Assembly: GCF_018128545.1 (NCBI RefSeq)
Contig: NZ_JAGSND010000001.1
Location: 46,153 to 110,152 of the forward strand
Reading direction: 5' to 3'
DNA from: Sinanaerobacter chloroacetimidivorans
GTDB lineage: Bacteria; Bacillota; Clostridia; Peptostreptococcales; Anaerovoracaceae
DNA: 64,000 bases
Below the pieces are notes generated by a model. That model was not told the DNA's origin, did not search any database, and saw only the letters and a list, made by a program, of their open reading frames with translations. Positions 18,787-29,797 of the stretch are shown one piece after another. The stretch's first letter is position 1; the number at the start of each line of letters is the position of its first letter. Position numbers and translations under genes: made by a program.

Positions 18787-19491
18787 CTATACGATTGTCT
18801 CAAGCGCGACTTTCATCATATCCGTAAAGGTTTTTTCCCTTTCTTCCGAAGTTGACTGCTCCTGTGTAATGAAATGATCGCTTATGGTCAGCATACATAA
18901 CGCCTTTACGCCATGGTAGGCGGCATTCATATATAGAGCTGCTGCTTCCATTTCTACAGCCATACAGTTCATCTTGGCCCATTTCTGCCACCAGCCCTCC
19001 TGCAGTTCATAGAATACATCACTGGATAAAATGTTTCCTGCATGAACGGGAATACCAAGCTTGTCTGCCGTTAGCTTAGCCTTCATCAGCAGATCGAAGT
19101 CGGCAGTGGGGGCATAAGTTCCATAGAGGTTGAAGGTATGAACATAGTTGGAATCTGTCGAAGCACTGACCCCTAGTACGATATCTCTTATTTTTATATT
19201 CTCCTGAAAAGAACCAGCGGAGCCGATTCGTATCAGGTTTTGTACACCGTACTCGGTAATGAGCTCCCAGCTGTAAATACCCATGGAAGGCATGCCCATT
19301 CCCGTACCCTGAACGGAAACCGGAACTCCTTTATAGGTACCCGTATATCCCAGCATACCTCTGATTTCATTATAGCATTTTGGACTTTCTAAAAAATTTT
19401 CAGCTATAAATTTAGCCCGGAGCGGATCTCCCGGCAAGAGTATGGATTCGGCGATTTCGCCTTTTTTTGCAGCATAAATATGTGCAGTCAT
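18787..19491 (-). CDS. deoD: purine nucleoside phosphorylase DeoD-type
   Basis: MTAHI...GDPLRAKFIAE...GYTGTYKG...VQGTGMGMPS...RIGSAGS is the DeoD/PNP-1 family. Confidence 0.85.
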   Translation of the reverse strand: MTAHIYAAKKGEIAESILLPGDPLRAKFIAENFLESPKCYNEIRGMLGYTGTYKGVPVSVQGTGMGMPSMGIYSWELITEYGVQNLIRIGSAGSFQENIKIRDIVLGVSASTDSNYVHTFNLYGTYAPTADFDLLMKAKLTADKLGIPVHAGNILSSDVFYELQEGWWQKWAKMNCMAVEMEAAALYMNAAYHGVKALCMLTISDHFITQEQSTSEEREKTFTDMMKVALETIV

Positions 19492-19664
19492 AAAGAAACA
19501 TCCTCCTGTTTTTCAGATTTCTACTGTAAGTATATCATAACCGGAATCCCAGTGGAAATACTAATTCAGCCGAATTGCTATTTACTTGGGTATTCATTTC
19601 ATGTATTATGAAAATACCGTAGCGACTATGACGGGTATTATTTTTCTAAAAGAGGAGCATAGCA

Positions 19665-21425
19665 ATGAATCATTCGTTAAAAGAGAAATATCATGAAGTC
19701 AGAGAGATCAAGTCCTTAAAGGATTTGCTGGATTCCAGCGTAAAACTGTATGCAAATCGTCCGGCCTTTCTGGTAAAGAAAGAAAAGGGCGGCGAATATT
19801 ACCCGATTCAATACCTTCAGGTAAAAAACGACGTAGATGCCCTCGGTACAAAGCTGATTGATATGGGACTGAAGGATGCAAAAATTGCAGTTATCGGTGA
19901 AAATTGTTACGAATGGATCATTTCCTATTTTGCCGTTGTAAACGGAACGGGAGTGGTTGTACCTTTAGATAAAGAACTCAGTAAAGAGGAAATCTATAAT
20001 CTGCTCCGAACGGCAGATTGTAGAGCGGTATTCTTTACGAAAGGTTATGAGGAATATTTTGCAGATTTTGACATCGATTATAAAATCAGGATGAAAACCT
20101 ACGGAGACAGGACAGATTTATCCCAGCCTCTTGCAGAGAGCTCTTCGGGGGGTGAAGATGGAAAAGGAATACTTGATTGGGAAAGTATGGTGGCAGCAGG
20201 AGAAAAACTGCTTCATACAGGCAATCACAGCTTTGTCGATGCTGAAATTGATCCCTATGAAATGAAAGTGATACTTTTTACCTCAGGAACCACGGATGCG
20301 GCCAAAGGTGTTATGCTTTGCCACCACAATATTACGACAAACATTATGGATACCTGCAAAATTGCCTATATCACGCCGGAGGACAGATCCTTATCGATAC
20401 TCCCGATTCATCATACCTTTGAATCTACCATGGGTATGCTGTTGATCTTGTATCGCGGAGCCTCGGCGGCCTTTTATGAAGGATTAAAATACGTGAATAA
20501 GAACCTGGCAGAAGCACAGGCAACGGTGTTGATAGGGGTGCCTTTGATCTTCGAGTCAATCTACGATAAAATCTGGAAACAGGCAGAAAAGACAGGTAAG
20601 GCCAATCAATTGAGAAAAGCTATTAAACTAAATAAGACCTTAAAAGCAATGGGCATAGATACAAGCAAAAAACTATTTAAAAGTGTCCATGAAAAATTTG
20701 GAGGAAAATTAAGACTGGTTATTTCAGGTGCTGCTGCCATTGATCCAAAAGTTCTGAGAGGTTTTGAGGATCTGGGTTTCAAGATGCTTCAAGGCTATGG
20801 ACTGACGGAATGCTCACCTCTTGTTTCCGGATCACCAGACTTTTGCAATAATTATAAAAAAGCCGGGTCAGTAGGTCCTGCTGTTTCAAGCGGGGAAATT
20901 AAGATTGTAGATAAAGATGAGGACGGGATTGGAGAAATCATATTTAAGGGGCCTAACGTTATGTTGGGTTATTACAACATGCCTGATAAAACCGCGGAAG
21001 TATTAAAGGATGGTTGGTTTTATACGGGAGATCTTGGTTTTCTTGATGAAGAAGGCTGGCTCTATATTACCGGAAGAAAGAAAAATGTCATCGTAACGAA
21101 AACTGGAAAAAATATTTATCCCGAAGAGGTGGAATATTACATTAACAGGAATAAATACATTCAGGAAAGCCTGGTACATGGCACATTTGATGAGGATAAC
21201 GATGATACTCAGGTGAGCGCCCAGGTAAGACCCAATTATGATGTAATTTATGAAGAATTCGGAGAAAGCTTCGGGGACGAAGAGGTGCAATCCCTGATTA
21301 AAAGGGTAATATCGGAAATCAATGAAAAGCTGCCTATCTATAAACGTGTTCGGAATATTGCCGTTCGCAAGGATGAGTTTATAAAGACCACGACTAAGAA
21401 AATACAGCGTCATAAAAATCTTTAG
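19665..21425 (+). CDS. AMP-binding acyl-CoA synthetase (long-chain fatty-acid-CoA ligase family)
   Basis: 586 aa. Adenylation motifs TSGTTDAAKGV, GYGLTE and YTGDLG. Confidence 0.75.
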   Translation: MNHSLKEKYHEVREIKSLKDLLDSSVKLYANRPAFLVKKEKGGEYYPIQYLQVKNDVDALGTKLIDMGLKDAKIAVIGENCYEWIISYFAVVNGTGVVVPLDKELSKEEIYNLLRTADCRAVFFTKGYEEYFADFDIDYKIRMKTYGDRTDLSQPLAESSSGGEDGKGILDWESMVAAGEKLLHTGNHSFVDAEIDPYEMKVILFTSGTTDAAKGVMLCHHNITTNIMDTCKIAYITPEDRSLSILPIHHTFESTMGMLLILYRGASAAFYEGLKYVNKNLAEAQATVLIGVPLIFESIYDKIWKQAEKTGKANQLRKAIKLNKTLKAMGIDTSKKLFKSVHEKFGGKLRLVISGAAAIDPKVLRGFEDLGFKMLQGYGLTECSPLVSGSPDFCNNYKKAGSVGPAVSSGEIKIVDKDEDGIGEIIFKGPNVMLGYYNMPDKTAEVLKDGWFYTGDLGFLDEEGWLYITGRKKNVIVTKTGKNIYPEEVEYYINRNKYIQESLVHGTFDEDNDDTQVSAQVRPNYDVIYEEFGESFGDEEVQSLIKRVISEINEKLPIYKRVRNIAVRKDEFIKTTTKKIQRHKNL

Positions 21426-21479
21426 GGACAAAAGTCAGGGGTTTTAAACATAAGCGGCCTTGGCCTGTTCTGTTCTATC

Positions 21480-21565
21480 AAATAAAAATAGCTATTATGA
21501 GTAGAATGAAATGAAATTTTGAAAACAATTCTATGAATAATAGCTATTTCATTTGATTCATTTTG
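21480..21565. terminator. long AT-rich imperfect palindrome between convergent genes (putative bidirectional terminator)
   Basis: AAATAGCTATTAT (≈21485-21497) is reverse-complementary to ATAATAGCTATTT (≈21539-21551), with a nested TAGAAT/ATTCTA pair. Confidence 0.4.
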
Positions 21566-21572
21566 AGACCTT

Positions 21573-22514
21573 TTATATTGTTGCCGATTCCAGAAAGGTC
21601 ACCGTTCCTTCTGATGCGTCCAATCTTGTTTTCACGCCCATGGGGATGGCTATATGCGGATAAATATGCCCCGCTCTGAAATTGTTGATGGTAGGCTTTT
21701 CAAAGGGTTTTACCACTTCCTCGAAGATTTCACCGAGTGTCAGATTATCCTCCGGCGGAGTATCCGGTTCATCACAGTCAGCCCAAGTACACAGGACGAT
21801 TCCTGCGCAGTCCCGGAACTTGCCTGCCAAAGCTAGAGAAGTAAGTCCTCTGTCCAATTTATAATGCTTTTCATCAACATCTTCTATGAAGAGGATTTTT
21901 CCTTTTGTATCGATCTCATAGGGAGTCCCGAGGGTTGCCGTCATGAGGGACAAATTCCCTCCGATAGAGATCCCTTCGGCTATGCCCGGATTGATCCTTT
22001 CGATGGATTCACCTTCTACAGCAGGGGTGGGCCCCGGCGGCTCTGCGTTAAAAAGAAGATGGGACAGACACCCCAGAGATATGGGATCCATGGTATCCCA
22101 GCCTCTGCTGGGCATGGGGGAATGAAGGGTTACCAGGCTGCATTTCATATTGAAAACCATGTGCAGACCGGTTATATCACTATATCCAAGAAAAAGTTTC
22201 GGATTATTACGGACGATATCGTAGTCAATATAAGGAAGTATCCGGGTTACGCCATACCCGCCGCGAAGACAGAAGATACCGTCAATGGAGGGGTCCCGGA
22301 AAGCATGATTGATATCTTTGGCTCTTGCTTCATCGGAACCGGACAGGTATCCATGCTTCATGGTACAAGTAGGAAACAGGACAGGGGTCAGTCCTAAAAA
22401 CTCTACGGAGCGAACCGACAATGCCAGCTTTTCCTCTGTAACCGGTGACGACGGTGCGATCAGAGCAATACGGTCTCCTTTCTTCAGGCATTTAGGTCTA
22501 TTCATATCCGACAT
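21573..22514 (-). CDS. ldcA: LD-carboxypeptidase (peptidase S66, muramoyltetrapeptide carboxypeptidase)
   Basis: GDRIALIAPSS...GYLSGSD..RA.DIN.AF.DP.IDGIFCLRGGYG are S66 hallmark blocks. Confidence 0.8.
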   Translation of the reverse strand: MSDMNRPKCLKKGDRIALIAPSSPVTEEKLALSVRSVEFLGLTPVLFPTCTMKHGYLSGSDEARAKDINHAFRDPSIDGIFCLRGGYGVTRILPYIDYDIVRNNPKLFLGYSDITGLHMVFNMKCSLVTLHSPMPSRGWDTMDPISLGCLSHLLFNAEPPGPTPAVEGESIERINPGIAEGISIGGNLSLMTATLGTPYEIDTKGKILFIEDVDEKHYKLDRGLTSLALAGKFRDCAGIVLCTWADCDEPDTPPEDNLTLGEIFEEVVKPFEKPTINNFRAGHIYPHIAIPMGVKTRLDASEGTVTFLESATI

Positions 22515-22601
22515 TTGTAAACTACCTCCTCATATTTCTCTTACTTCTATAATATTATATTATTGAAACGTCTTGATTAAAACTGTAGGAGGTAATTTAC
22601 A

Positions 22602-23780
22602 TTGGTAGGAAGGAAGGCAATCTATGATTTTGTTGATGAAGCGGCAGAATGGGCTATCGGTCTGCGCCGCGGATTTCATCGCTGGCCTGAACTTAGCAAC
22701 CAGGAGTATAGAACATCAATACGTATCAAGCAGGAACTCGAGAATCTCGGGATCGAAACGGAAAAGGTTCTTGATACAGGTCTTGTAGCAATCATGAATA
22801 AAAACAGCAATCGGAAGGTAGTGGCACTCCGGGCCGATATGGATGCGCTGCCGATTCAGGAGGAGGTTATCCTTCCCTATGCCTCCGAAAGAAAGGGTGT
22901 GATGCATGCCTGCGGTCACGATGTACATATGGCAGTATTGCTTGGAACTGCAAAGGTTTTGAACGAAATCAAAGAAGATATTAATGGAACTGTTAAGTTT
23001 ATATTTCAGCCTGCCGAGGAAACTACGGGAGGTGCTGAACGAATGATAAAGAAAGGATGTCTGGAAAATCCCAAGGTGGATTATATTTTGGGACTGCACG
23101 TGAAGCCGGATCTTCCTGCAGGCACATTAGGCCTGAAATATGGGAAGGTACATGCGTCTTCCGATATGTTCCGCATCGTTGTCAAAGGAAAAGGAAGCCA
23201 TGGAGCCTATCCGGAACTGGGCATAGATGCCATCGTTGCGGCTTCTCAGATCGTGACCAATGCACAGAGCATTGTTTCCAGAAATGTCAGCCCTTTAAAT
23301 CCGGCAGTCATAACTTTTGGCAGCTTTCATGGCGGAAATGCGATGAATATCGTTTCGGACAGAGTTATTCTTGAAGGTACCCTCCGGGCACTTGATAAAA
23401 ATACAAGAGATTACCTGAAAACCCGGCTGCGGGAAGTGGCGAAAAATACCGCAAAGGCTGCCGGAGCCTCGGCAGATGTAGAATTCAGTAAAGGATACAG
23501 TGCGCTAACCAATGATAACTTCATTGTAGATATGATAAAAGAATTGGGAATGTGTGAAGCAGGAATCGATAAAATTGTAGAATTAAAGGAACCATCCATG
23601 GGTGTTGAGGATTTTTCCTTCTTCCTTGAAAAGATTCCGGGTGCTTTTTTCTTTCTTGGCAGCGGTTATAAAGGGAGAGAAAACGAAGGAATTCATTCCG
23701 GTAAATTTGAAGTGGATGAAAAGTGCATTAAGCCGGGAATTCTCATAGAGACGCTTTCCGTATTGAAACTGTTAGAATAA
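22602..23780 (+). CDS. M20D-family amidohydrolase (N-acyl-L-amino acid amidohydrolase/hippurate hydrolase type)
   Basis: 392 aa. HACGHD metal-binding motif, M20 dimerisation region. TTG start with SD AGGAGG. Confidence 0.75.
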   Translation: MVGRKAIYDFVDEAAEWAIGLRRGFHRWPELSNQEYRTSIRIKQELENLGIETEKVLDTGLVAIMNKNSNRKVVALRADMDALPIQEEVILPYASERKGVMHACGHDVHMAVLLGTAKVLNEIKEDINGTVKFIFQPAEETTGGAERMIKKGCLENPKVDYILGLHVKPDLPAGTLGLKYGKVHASSDMFRIVVKGKGSHGAYPELGIDAIVAASQIVTNAQSIVSRNVSPLNPAVITFGSFHGGNAMNIVSDRVILEGTLRALDKNTRDYLKTRLREVAKNTAKAAGASADVEFSKGYSALTNDNFIVDMIKELGMCEAGIDKIVELKEPSMGVEDFSFFLEKIPGAFFFLGSGYKGRENEGIHSGKFEVDEKCIKPGILIETLSVLKLLE

Positions 23781-23800
23781 ACAGTATGATGAAATCCTTC

Positions 23801-23862
23801 AAAAAAGCAAATCATGCCAAAAGCTGGGAGACACATCCAGCTGCTGGCATGATTAATTTTTT
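23801..23862. terminator. bidirectional intrinsic terminator between M20 gene (+) and rpsT (-)
   Basis: An A-run, then AATCATGCC (23809-23817) pairing with GGCATGATT (23846-23854), then a T-run 23855-23862. Confidence 0.6.
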
Positions 23863-23911
23863 ACTCATTTATTTTGTGCATTTAACTTATGCACGGTGGG
23901 GACGGGTGAGA

Positions 23912-24181
23912 TTATTCCGCTTTTGCTTTGTTGAATCTAGCTGTTATTCTGGAAACTTTTCTGGAAGCTGCATTTTTATGAATTGTTCCTTTGGAAGCAG
24001 CCTGCATCAATTTCTTTTCCGCTAAAGCCAGCTTTTCCTTTGCAGTATCAAGATCTCTGGTTGCAATTGCACTTTCGAAATTCTTGAGAATCGCTTTCAG
24101 ATGAGATTTTACTCTTCTGTTAGCAGCTGTCTTTTTCGCGATAACACTGATTCTTTTCTTTGCAGATTTAATATTTGCCAT
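23912..24181 (-). CDS. rpsT: 30S ribosomal protein S20
   Basis: MANIKSAKKRISVIAKKTAANRRVKSHLKA... (89 aa). The 6-frame ORF 23912..24418 over-extends; the true ATG is at 24179-24181. Confidence 0.9.
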   Translation of the reverse strand: MANIKSAKKRISVIAKKTAANRRVKSHLKAILKNFESAIATRDLDTAKEKLALAEKKLMQAASKGTIHKNAASRKVSRITARFNKAKAE

Positions 24182-24281
24182 TATTTCACCCCACTTTCGC
24201 AAAATATCGCAACTTGAAGTATATATGAATAGAAAAAAAATTGCAAGGGAAAAATAAAAAAAGAAAGAGAGGGATTGAAAA

Positions 24282-25172
24282 ATGGCATTTAGAACGGATT
24301 TAGCAATCGAAAATAAAGAAATATATGATTCTAAAAACAAGGACAAGGGCATTGAAATATCAGGGGTTGAAATAGAAAAGGAAAAATTCTGCGACGAGAT
24401 TTCCATCACAAGAATCAAAATTACAAACGAGCATGGCAGCAGGGAATTGTCAAAGCCGTTGGGTAATTATATTACCTTGGAAGTGGAAGGGGTAGTGGAC
24501 GGACCCGAAGAGTTAAAGGAAAAAGCTTCCTCCGCTGTTGCTTTAGAATTAAAAAGACTTGTTCATTTTCATAATAAATTGAAAGTTTTAGTCATCGGAC
24601 TTGGAAATGATAAAGTGACACCGGATTCCCTGGGGCCTTATACGGTCTCTAAAGTGAAAGTGACAAGACATTTTTTTCTGATGTATGATGCGGACGGGGA
24701 CGATGAGATGGCCTGTGTCAGCGGATTTATTCCGGGTGTAATGGGATCAACGGGAATGGAGACGGCAGAGTTGATTCAGAGCGCAGCCGCCATCGCAAAA
24801 CCGGAAGTTATTCTCGCTGTGGATGCATTAGCTGCAAGAAATGTGGATCGTATCAGTACAACGATACAAATCAGCGATACCGGGATTTCCCCCGGAGCGG
24901 GTACCGGAAATAAAAGAAAGGAACTGACGAAAGAGACTATGGGGATTAAGGTGATTGCCATAGGGGTTCCAACGGTCATTGATTCCAGAACCCTAATTTT
25001 AGATTCTCTGTCAGGATTTTTAAAAGATCCTGCCGGCGCAGAAAGCTATTTAGAACAGAACGGTCAGGATATGATTGTCACCTCTACAGATATCGACCAG
25101 GTCATCAAGGATTTTTCAGATATAATTTCAAATGGAATTAATATAACACTCCATCCGGGCATATACTCTTAG
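24282..25172 (+). CDS. gpr: germination protease (spore endopeptidase GPR)
   Basis: MAFRTDLAIEN... and VLVIGLGNDKVTPDSLGP are GPR hallmarks. Its position after rpsT matches Bacillus. Confidence 0.85.
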   Translation: MAFRTDLAIENKEIYDSKNKDKGIEISGVEIEKEKFCDEISITRIKITNEHGSRELSKPLGNYITLEVEGVVDGPEELKEKASSAVALELKRLVHFHNKLKVLVIGLGNDKVTPDSLGPYTVSKVKVTRHFFLMYDADGDDEMACVSGFIPGVMGSTGMETAELIQSAAAIAKPEVILAVDALAARNVDRISTTIQISDTGISPGAGTGNKRKELTKETMGIKVIAIGVPTVIDSRTLILDSLSGFLKDPAGAESYLEQNGQDMIVTSTDIDQVIKDFSDIISNGINITLHPGIYS

Positions 25173-25243
25173 TATTGTGGAAAATATGCTTGAGCAGATT
25201 GAACCGAGCTTCGGTCTTCAATCCGGCAAAGGAGTTAAATTAT

Positions 25244-26344
25244 ATGAGAAGAAGAGTGTACAGAGGTCTTCGTCGAAGAGGGGGGCCTAGCGGAGGAAGG
25301 TTAGCCGTGCTGACCTTAATGTTTTGGATTTTTTTGGGTGTCGTTATCTTTACCTTGGTAAACGGCGGGCCAGGCTCCATTGTGGAAGGAAAAGGGGAGG
25401 ATATCGGTAAATTCTATATCGGAAATATTTTCCCCTCCATCAGCAGAAGCGCTGATTACGAATCAAGAACGGCAATGAATCAGAATCCGGAAGCATCCGT
25501 CGATGAAAATGCAGGGGACAGCAGTGACGGGAAAAAAGGTCTGCTTCATTCCATGATTGGTTCCATGTATCCTGCGGTTACCGTTTTGGATGATGATCTG
25601 GCGGAAGAAGATCCAGGCATCATCTTTGATCCGGAAACTACCGGCGATACGAAAACCGACAGCAGCGATGAAGAGCAGGCCACGGTAATCGATACTCAAA
25701 ATCCGGAATCACCGAAACCGGCCACTGCCCATATAGATTATTCGAAACCGGTGGTCATCATTTATCACACCCATGCCACAGAATCCTATCAGCCGGTTAC
25801 AGAGGGAAATTTCCATTCTCTCAATGAATACGGCACCGTGCGGGAAGTCGGCGATGTGATGACTGCAGAATTGGAGGCGAAGGGAATACAGGTAATTCAC
25901 GACAAAACTGTGCATGATTCTCCATCCTATAATCAATCTTATAGCCGCTCGCTGGAAACCATTCAAAAACTAATGGGTGAAAATAAAACAACCCAAATCG
26001 TTGTAGATTTACATAGAGATGCTGCAAGCTACAGCGGAAACGTGGGAAAATCTGTAACCATCAAGAAAGAAACTGTTGCAAAGTACAGCCTGGTGGTTGG
26101 AACCGGAAACCCGAATGTGGAGGCATTAAAATTATTTGCAAATCATATCAACAAGAAAGCTGAGGATCTGTATCCCGGTTTTGGAGGAAAAATTATAGAA
26201 AAGCAATATAAATTCAATCAGTATGTCTCAGACTACCATATCCTTCTTGAAGTCGGAAATAATCAAAACACCATTGAAGAAGCAAAAGCTTGCGGAAAAT
26301 ATTTTGCGGATGTTTTGGCTGAATCCATTAAGGATATTGAATAA
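25244..26344 (+). CDS. spoIIP: stage II sporulation protein P
   Basis: N-terminal TM segment, VVIIYHTHATESY block. Located after gpr as in B. subtilis. ATG 25244 with SD AAAGGAG. Confidence 0.8.
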   Translation: MRRRVYRGLRRRGGPSGGRLAVLTLMFWIFLGVVIFTLVNGGPGSIVEGKGEDIGKFYIGNIFPSISRSADYESRTAMNQNPEASVDENAGDSSDGKKGLLHSMIGSMYPAVTVLDDDLAEEDPGIIFDPETTGDTKTDSSDEEQATVIDTQNPESPKPATAHIDYSKPVVIIYHTHATESYQPVTEGNFHSLNEYGTVREVGDVMTAELEAKGIQVIHDKTVHDSPSYNQSYSRSLETIQKLMGENKTTQIVVDLHRDAASYSGNVGKSVTIKKETVAKYSLVVGTGNPNVEALKLFANHINKKAEDLYPGFGGKIIEKQYKFNQYVSDYHILLEVGNNQNTIEEAKACGKYFADVLAESIKDIE

Positions 26345-26375
26345 CTGCCGGTAACGATACAAAGGAGAAAATTGA

Positions 26376-26699
26376 ATGAGAATCAAAAAATTAATAGTTT
26401 TTATCTTAGTATTTGCTGCAGTGTACGGCTTTACTGCTGTTGATCAAGCCTATTCCGATATGATGGATAAAGAGGGTTCTGTCGGACTTTCGGTGAGACG
26501 GGTAAATCCTGAATATATAACCGTATCCATGTTTGGAAAAAGCACTGCAGTGAATACGAGAGAACTGTCGGAAGACTGGAATGATTTCAGCGAAGCGGTG
26601 GTGGACAGGCTGGAAACCGCCACAGCCAGTATCAGAGGGGCTTTGGGCATTGAGGATCCAGAAAGAGATTACAGCGTATTTCAATTGCAGATGTTGTAA
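26376..26699 (+). CDS. YqxA-like small membrane protein (DUF3679-type)
   Basis: 107 aa with an N-terminal TM. It occupies the position of yqxA after spoIIP in Bacillus synteny. Confidence 0.45.
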   Translation: MRIKKLIVFILVFAAVYGFTAVDQAYSDMMDKEGSVGLSVRRVNPEYITVSMFGKSTAVNTRELSEDWNDFSEAVVDRLETATASIRGALGIEDPERDYSVFQLQML

Positions 26700-26793
26700 A
26701 AAGTGTTGCTGGTATGGTATAATGTGAATCATCAATGGCTTACCCATTCATGATTCAATCAATGACTAATATTACTGTGCTTTAGGAGGTACA

Positions 26794-28605
26794 ATGAGTT
26801 CATACCAACAATATATCAGAAACTTTTGCATTATTGCACATATCGATCACGGTAAATCGACCCTTGCTGACAGAATTATTGAAAATACCGGACTTGTTTC
26901 CCAGCGGGAAATGAAGGAACAGTTTCTGGACAACATGGATCTGGAACGGGAACGGGGCATTACAATAAAACTTCAGACAACCCGTCTTGTGTATAAGGCG
27001 AAAGACGGAAATGAATATATTTTTAATTTAATTGATACTCCCGGTCATGTTGACTTCACATATGAGGTATCACGAAGTCTTGCTGCCTGTGAAGGAGCAG
27101 TTCTTATCGTCGATGCAACCCAGGGGGTGGAAGCCCAGACGTTAGCCAATGTTTATCTTGCATTGGATGAAAATCTGGAGATTTTGCCTGTCATTAATAA
27201 AATCGATCTGGCCAGTGCAAGGCCGGATGAAGCAAAGCTGGAAATTGAAGATGTTATTGGAATCGATGCACACGATGCCCCTCTGATTTCAGCAAAGGAA
27301 GGCATTGGTATAGAGGATGTGCTGGAAGCAATTGTGGCAAAAGTTCCGGCTCCCACGGGAGATCAGGAGGGAAAACTGAAGGCTCTGATCTTTGATTCCT
27401 ATTACGATAATTATAAAGGTGTTGTCATTTATACTCGTATTTTTGACGGTACCGTTAAAAAAGGTGATACAATACGCCTGATAAATACAAAGAAAAAATA
27501 CGAAGTTACAGAAGTAGGCGTTTACTCTCCGGGGCCTGTTCCTGCCAGTCAACTGAAGGCCGGTGAGGTAGGATATATTTGCGCCAGCATCAAGCAGGTT
27601 GCCGATGCCAGAGTGGGAGATACCATCACACTGGACAATGATCCGACGGCAGAACCGCTGCCGGGCTATAAAAAGGTCCAGCCTATGGTATACTGCGGTA
27701 TTTATCCGGCAGAGGGAGAAAAATATGAAAATGTAAAGGATGCGCTGGAAAAGCTGCAGGTAAATGATGCGGCCTTTCTCTTTGAGCCGGAGACCTCTAC
27801 GGCTCTCGGGTTTGGGTTCCGGTGCGGCTTCCTTGGACTGCTTCATATGGAAATCATCGTAGAACGTTTGGAGCGGGAATTTGATCTTGGCATTATTACC
27901 ACTTCACCCAGTGTTATTTATAAAGTTGTCAGAAATGACGGCACTGAGGAAATGATACAAAACCCGACAAACCTTCCTCCTGCTATAGAAATTGACCATA
28001 TCGAAGAACCCATCGTTAAGGCGGATATCATGATACCAAAGGAATATGTAGGCAATATCATGGAAATCTGCCAAGAACGCAGAGGCAGAATGCTGCACAT
28101 GGAATACCTGACGGAAACCAGAGTGGTATTGCATTATGAAATGCCTTTAAATGAGGTTATATACGATTTCTTTGATGCTTTAAAATCAAAAACGAGAGGT
28201 TACGGCTCCCTTGACTACGAATTTATCAGATATGAAAAATCCAACCTGGTAAAGCTGGATATTTTATTAAACAAGGAGCTTGTGGATGCTTTCTCCATGA
28301 TCGTACATGAATCCAAGGCTTATTACAGAGGACGCTTTGTTTGTGAAAAGCTGAAGGAAATCATTCCGATGCACCAATTTGAAGTCCCGATCCAGGCATC
28401 CGTTGGCCAAAAAGTAATCGCCAGAGAAACGGTAAAAGCCTATCGTAAGGATGTAATTGCCAAATGCTATGGCGGCGATATTTCCAGAAAGAGAAAACTT
28501 CTTGAAAAACAAAAAGAAGGAAAGAAACGAATGAGGCAGTTTGGAACTGTGGAAGTGCCTCAAGAGGCATTTACCGCAGTGCTGAAATATGATGACAATA
28601 AATAA
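26794..28605 (+). CDS. lepA: elongation factor 4 (LepA)
   Basis: [21 protein letters not shown]... GTPase, 603 aa. Confidence 0.9.
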   Translation: MSSYQQYIRNFCIIAHIDHGKSTLADRIIENTGLVSQREMKEQFLDNMDLERERGITIKLQTTRLVYKAKDGNEYIFNLIDTPGHVDFTYEVSRSLAACEGAVLIVDATQGVEAQTLANVYLALDENLEILPVINKIDLASARPDEAKLEIEDVIGIDAHDAPLISAKEGIGIEDVLEAIVAKVPAPTGDQEGKLKALIFDSYYDNYKGVVIYTRIFDGTVKKGDTIRLINTKKKYEVTEVGVYSPGPVPASQLKAGEVGYICASIKQVADARVGDTITLDNDPTAEPLPGYKKVQPMVYCGIYPAEGEKYENVKDALEKLQVNDAAFLFEPETSTALGFGFRCGFLGLLHMEIIVERLEREFDLGIITTSPSVIYKVVRNDGTEEMIQNPTNLPPAIEIDHIEEPIVKADIMIPKEYVGNIMEICQERRGRMLHMEYLTETRVVLHYEMPLNEVIYDFFDALKSKTRGYGSLDYEFIRYEKSNLVKLDILLNKELVDAFSMIVHESKAYYRGRFVCEKLKEIIPMHQFEVPIQASVGQKVIARETVKAYRKDVIAKCYGGDISRKRKLLEKQKEGKKRMRQFGTVEVPQEAFTAVLKYDDNK

Positions 28606-29797
28606 ATCTATCATGCGGAAGCAGGATCAGAATCCAAAACCCTTGGGACTCTATCTTCATATCCCGTTTTGTACGGAGAAATGCAATTACTGTGATTTTC
28701 TATCCTTTGGGGGCGTTGGTAATGACCGTCAAGGCCAGTATGTAAATGCACTCGTCAAGGAAATTGAGTATTATGGCAAAGAATACCATAATAAGTATTA
28801 TGTAGACACGATTTTTATCGGCGGAGGGACTCCCTCTATTCTGGAAGTTGCCTTGATTGCAGAGCTAATGGCTGCCGTTAGGGCAAATTTTCATGTTTTG
28901 CCGGATGCTGAAATTACCATGGAGTCCAATCCAAAAACCTTAAATCGGTATAAACTCAATCGCTATTTTGATTTAGGGATCAACCGGTTAAGCATAGGAG
29001 CTCAATCTTTGGACAACGACCTCCTTGCCTTTCTGGGCAGGATCCACAGAGCGGAAGATTTTTTAGAAAGTTATCAAGCTGCAAGAGAAGCCGGATTTCA
29101 AAATATCAATACAGATCTCATGTTCGGCATTCCGGGACAGAACATGGAATGCTGGCTGGATACGCTGAAAAAGGTTTTAAAACTCATGCCTGAGCATATC
29201 TCCTTTTATAGTTTACAAATAGAAGAGGGGACTCCATTCTTCAAAATGTATAGGGAAGGCCGCCTGGAACCTATAGACGATGACGCTGACCGTGACATGT
29301 ACCACAGAGCCGTCGAGCTTTTTTATCGGGAAGGATATCATCACTATGAAATTTCCAACTGTGGCAGACCGGGCTATGAATGCAGGCACAATCTGAAATA
29401 TTGGTCCATGGACGAGTATCTGGGACTTGGTCTTGGTGCCCATTCCTATCTCGAAGGGGCACGATTCAGTAATGCGGAAAGATTATCCGATTATGTGGAA
29501 GCAAGCAGGGTATCAGAAAATAAAAGTACCAGCCCTTTTATAGTCTGGTATCATAAAAATTCAAGACAGGAGGATATTTCGGAATATCTCTTCACCGGGT
29601 TGAGAAAACGGGAGGGAATCGATTTAGACGATTTTGAGGCTCAATTTCAGCAGCCTATAGAAGAAATTTATGCCGATAACTGGCACAGACTGAAGGCCTT
29701 TATAGAGTCAGGTTATCTGGTAAAAACGGAAAACAGGCTCTATTTTACAAAACAAGGTATCGATATTTCCAATACCATTTTGACGGAGTTTGTGTAG
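28589..29797 (+). CDS. hemW: radical SAM heme chaperone HemW (HemN-like)
   Basis: [17 protein letters not shown] radical SAM motif, HemN C-terminal domain. It follows lepA as in Bacillus. The start may be ATG 28613. Confidence 0.8.
   Translation: MMTINKSIMRKQDQNPKPLGLYLHIPFCTEKCNYCDFLSFGGVGNDRQGQYVNALVKEIEYYGKEYHNKYYVDTIFIGGGTPSILEVALIAELMAAVRANFHVLPDAEITMESNPKTLNRYKLNRYFDLGINRLSIGAQSLDNDLLAFLGRIHRAEDFLESYQAAREAGFQNINTDLMFGIPGQNMECWLDTLKKVLKLMPEHISFYSLQIEEGTPFFKMYREGRLEPIDDDADRDMYHRAVELFYREGYHHYEISNCGRPGYECRHNLKYWSMDEYLGLGLGAHSYLEGARFSNAERLSDYVEASRVSENKSTSPFIVWYHKNSRQEDISEYLFTGLRKREGIDLDDFEAQFQQPIEEIYADNWHRLKAFIESGYLVKTENRLYFTKQGIDISNTILTEFV

Noticed and set aside
23912-24418. 168-aa minus-strand ORF from the 6-frame track
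   Set aside because: Only the C-terminal 89 aa (from ATG 24181) is ribosomal protein S20. The upstream extension is hydrophobic junk that runs into the gpr start on the other strand.
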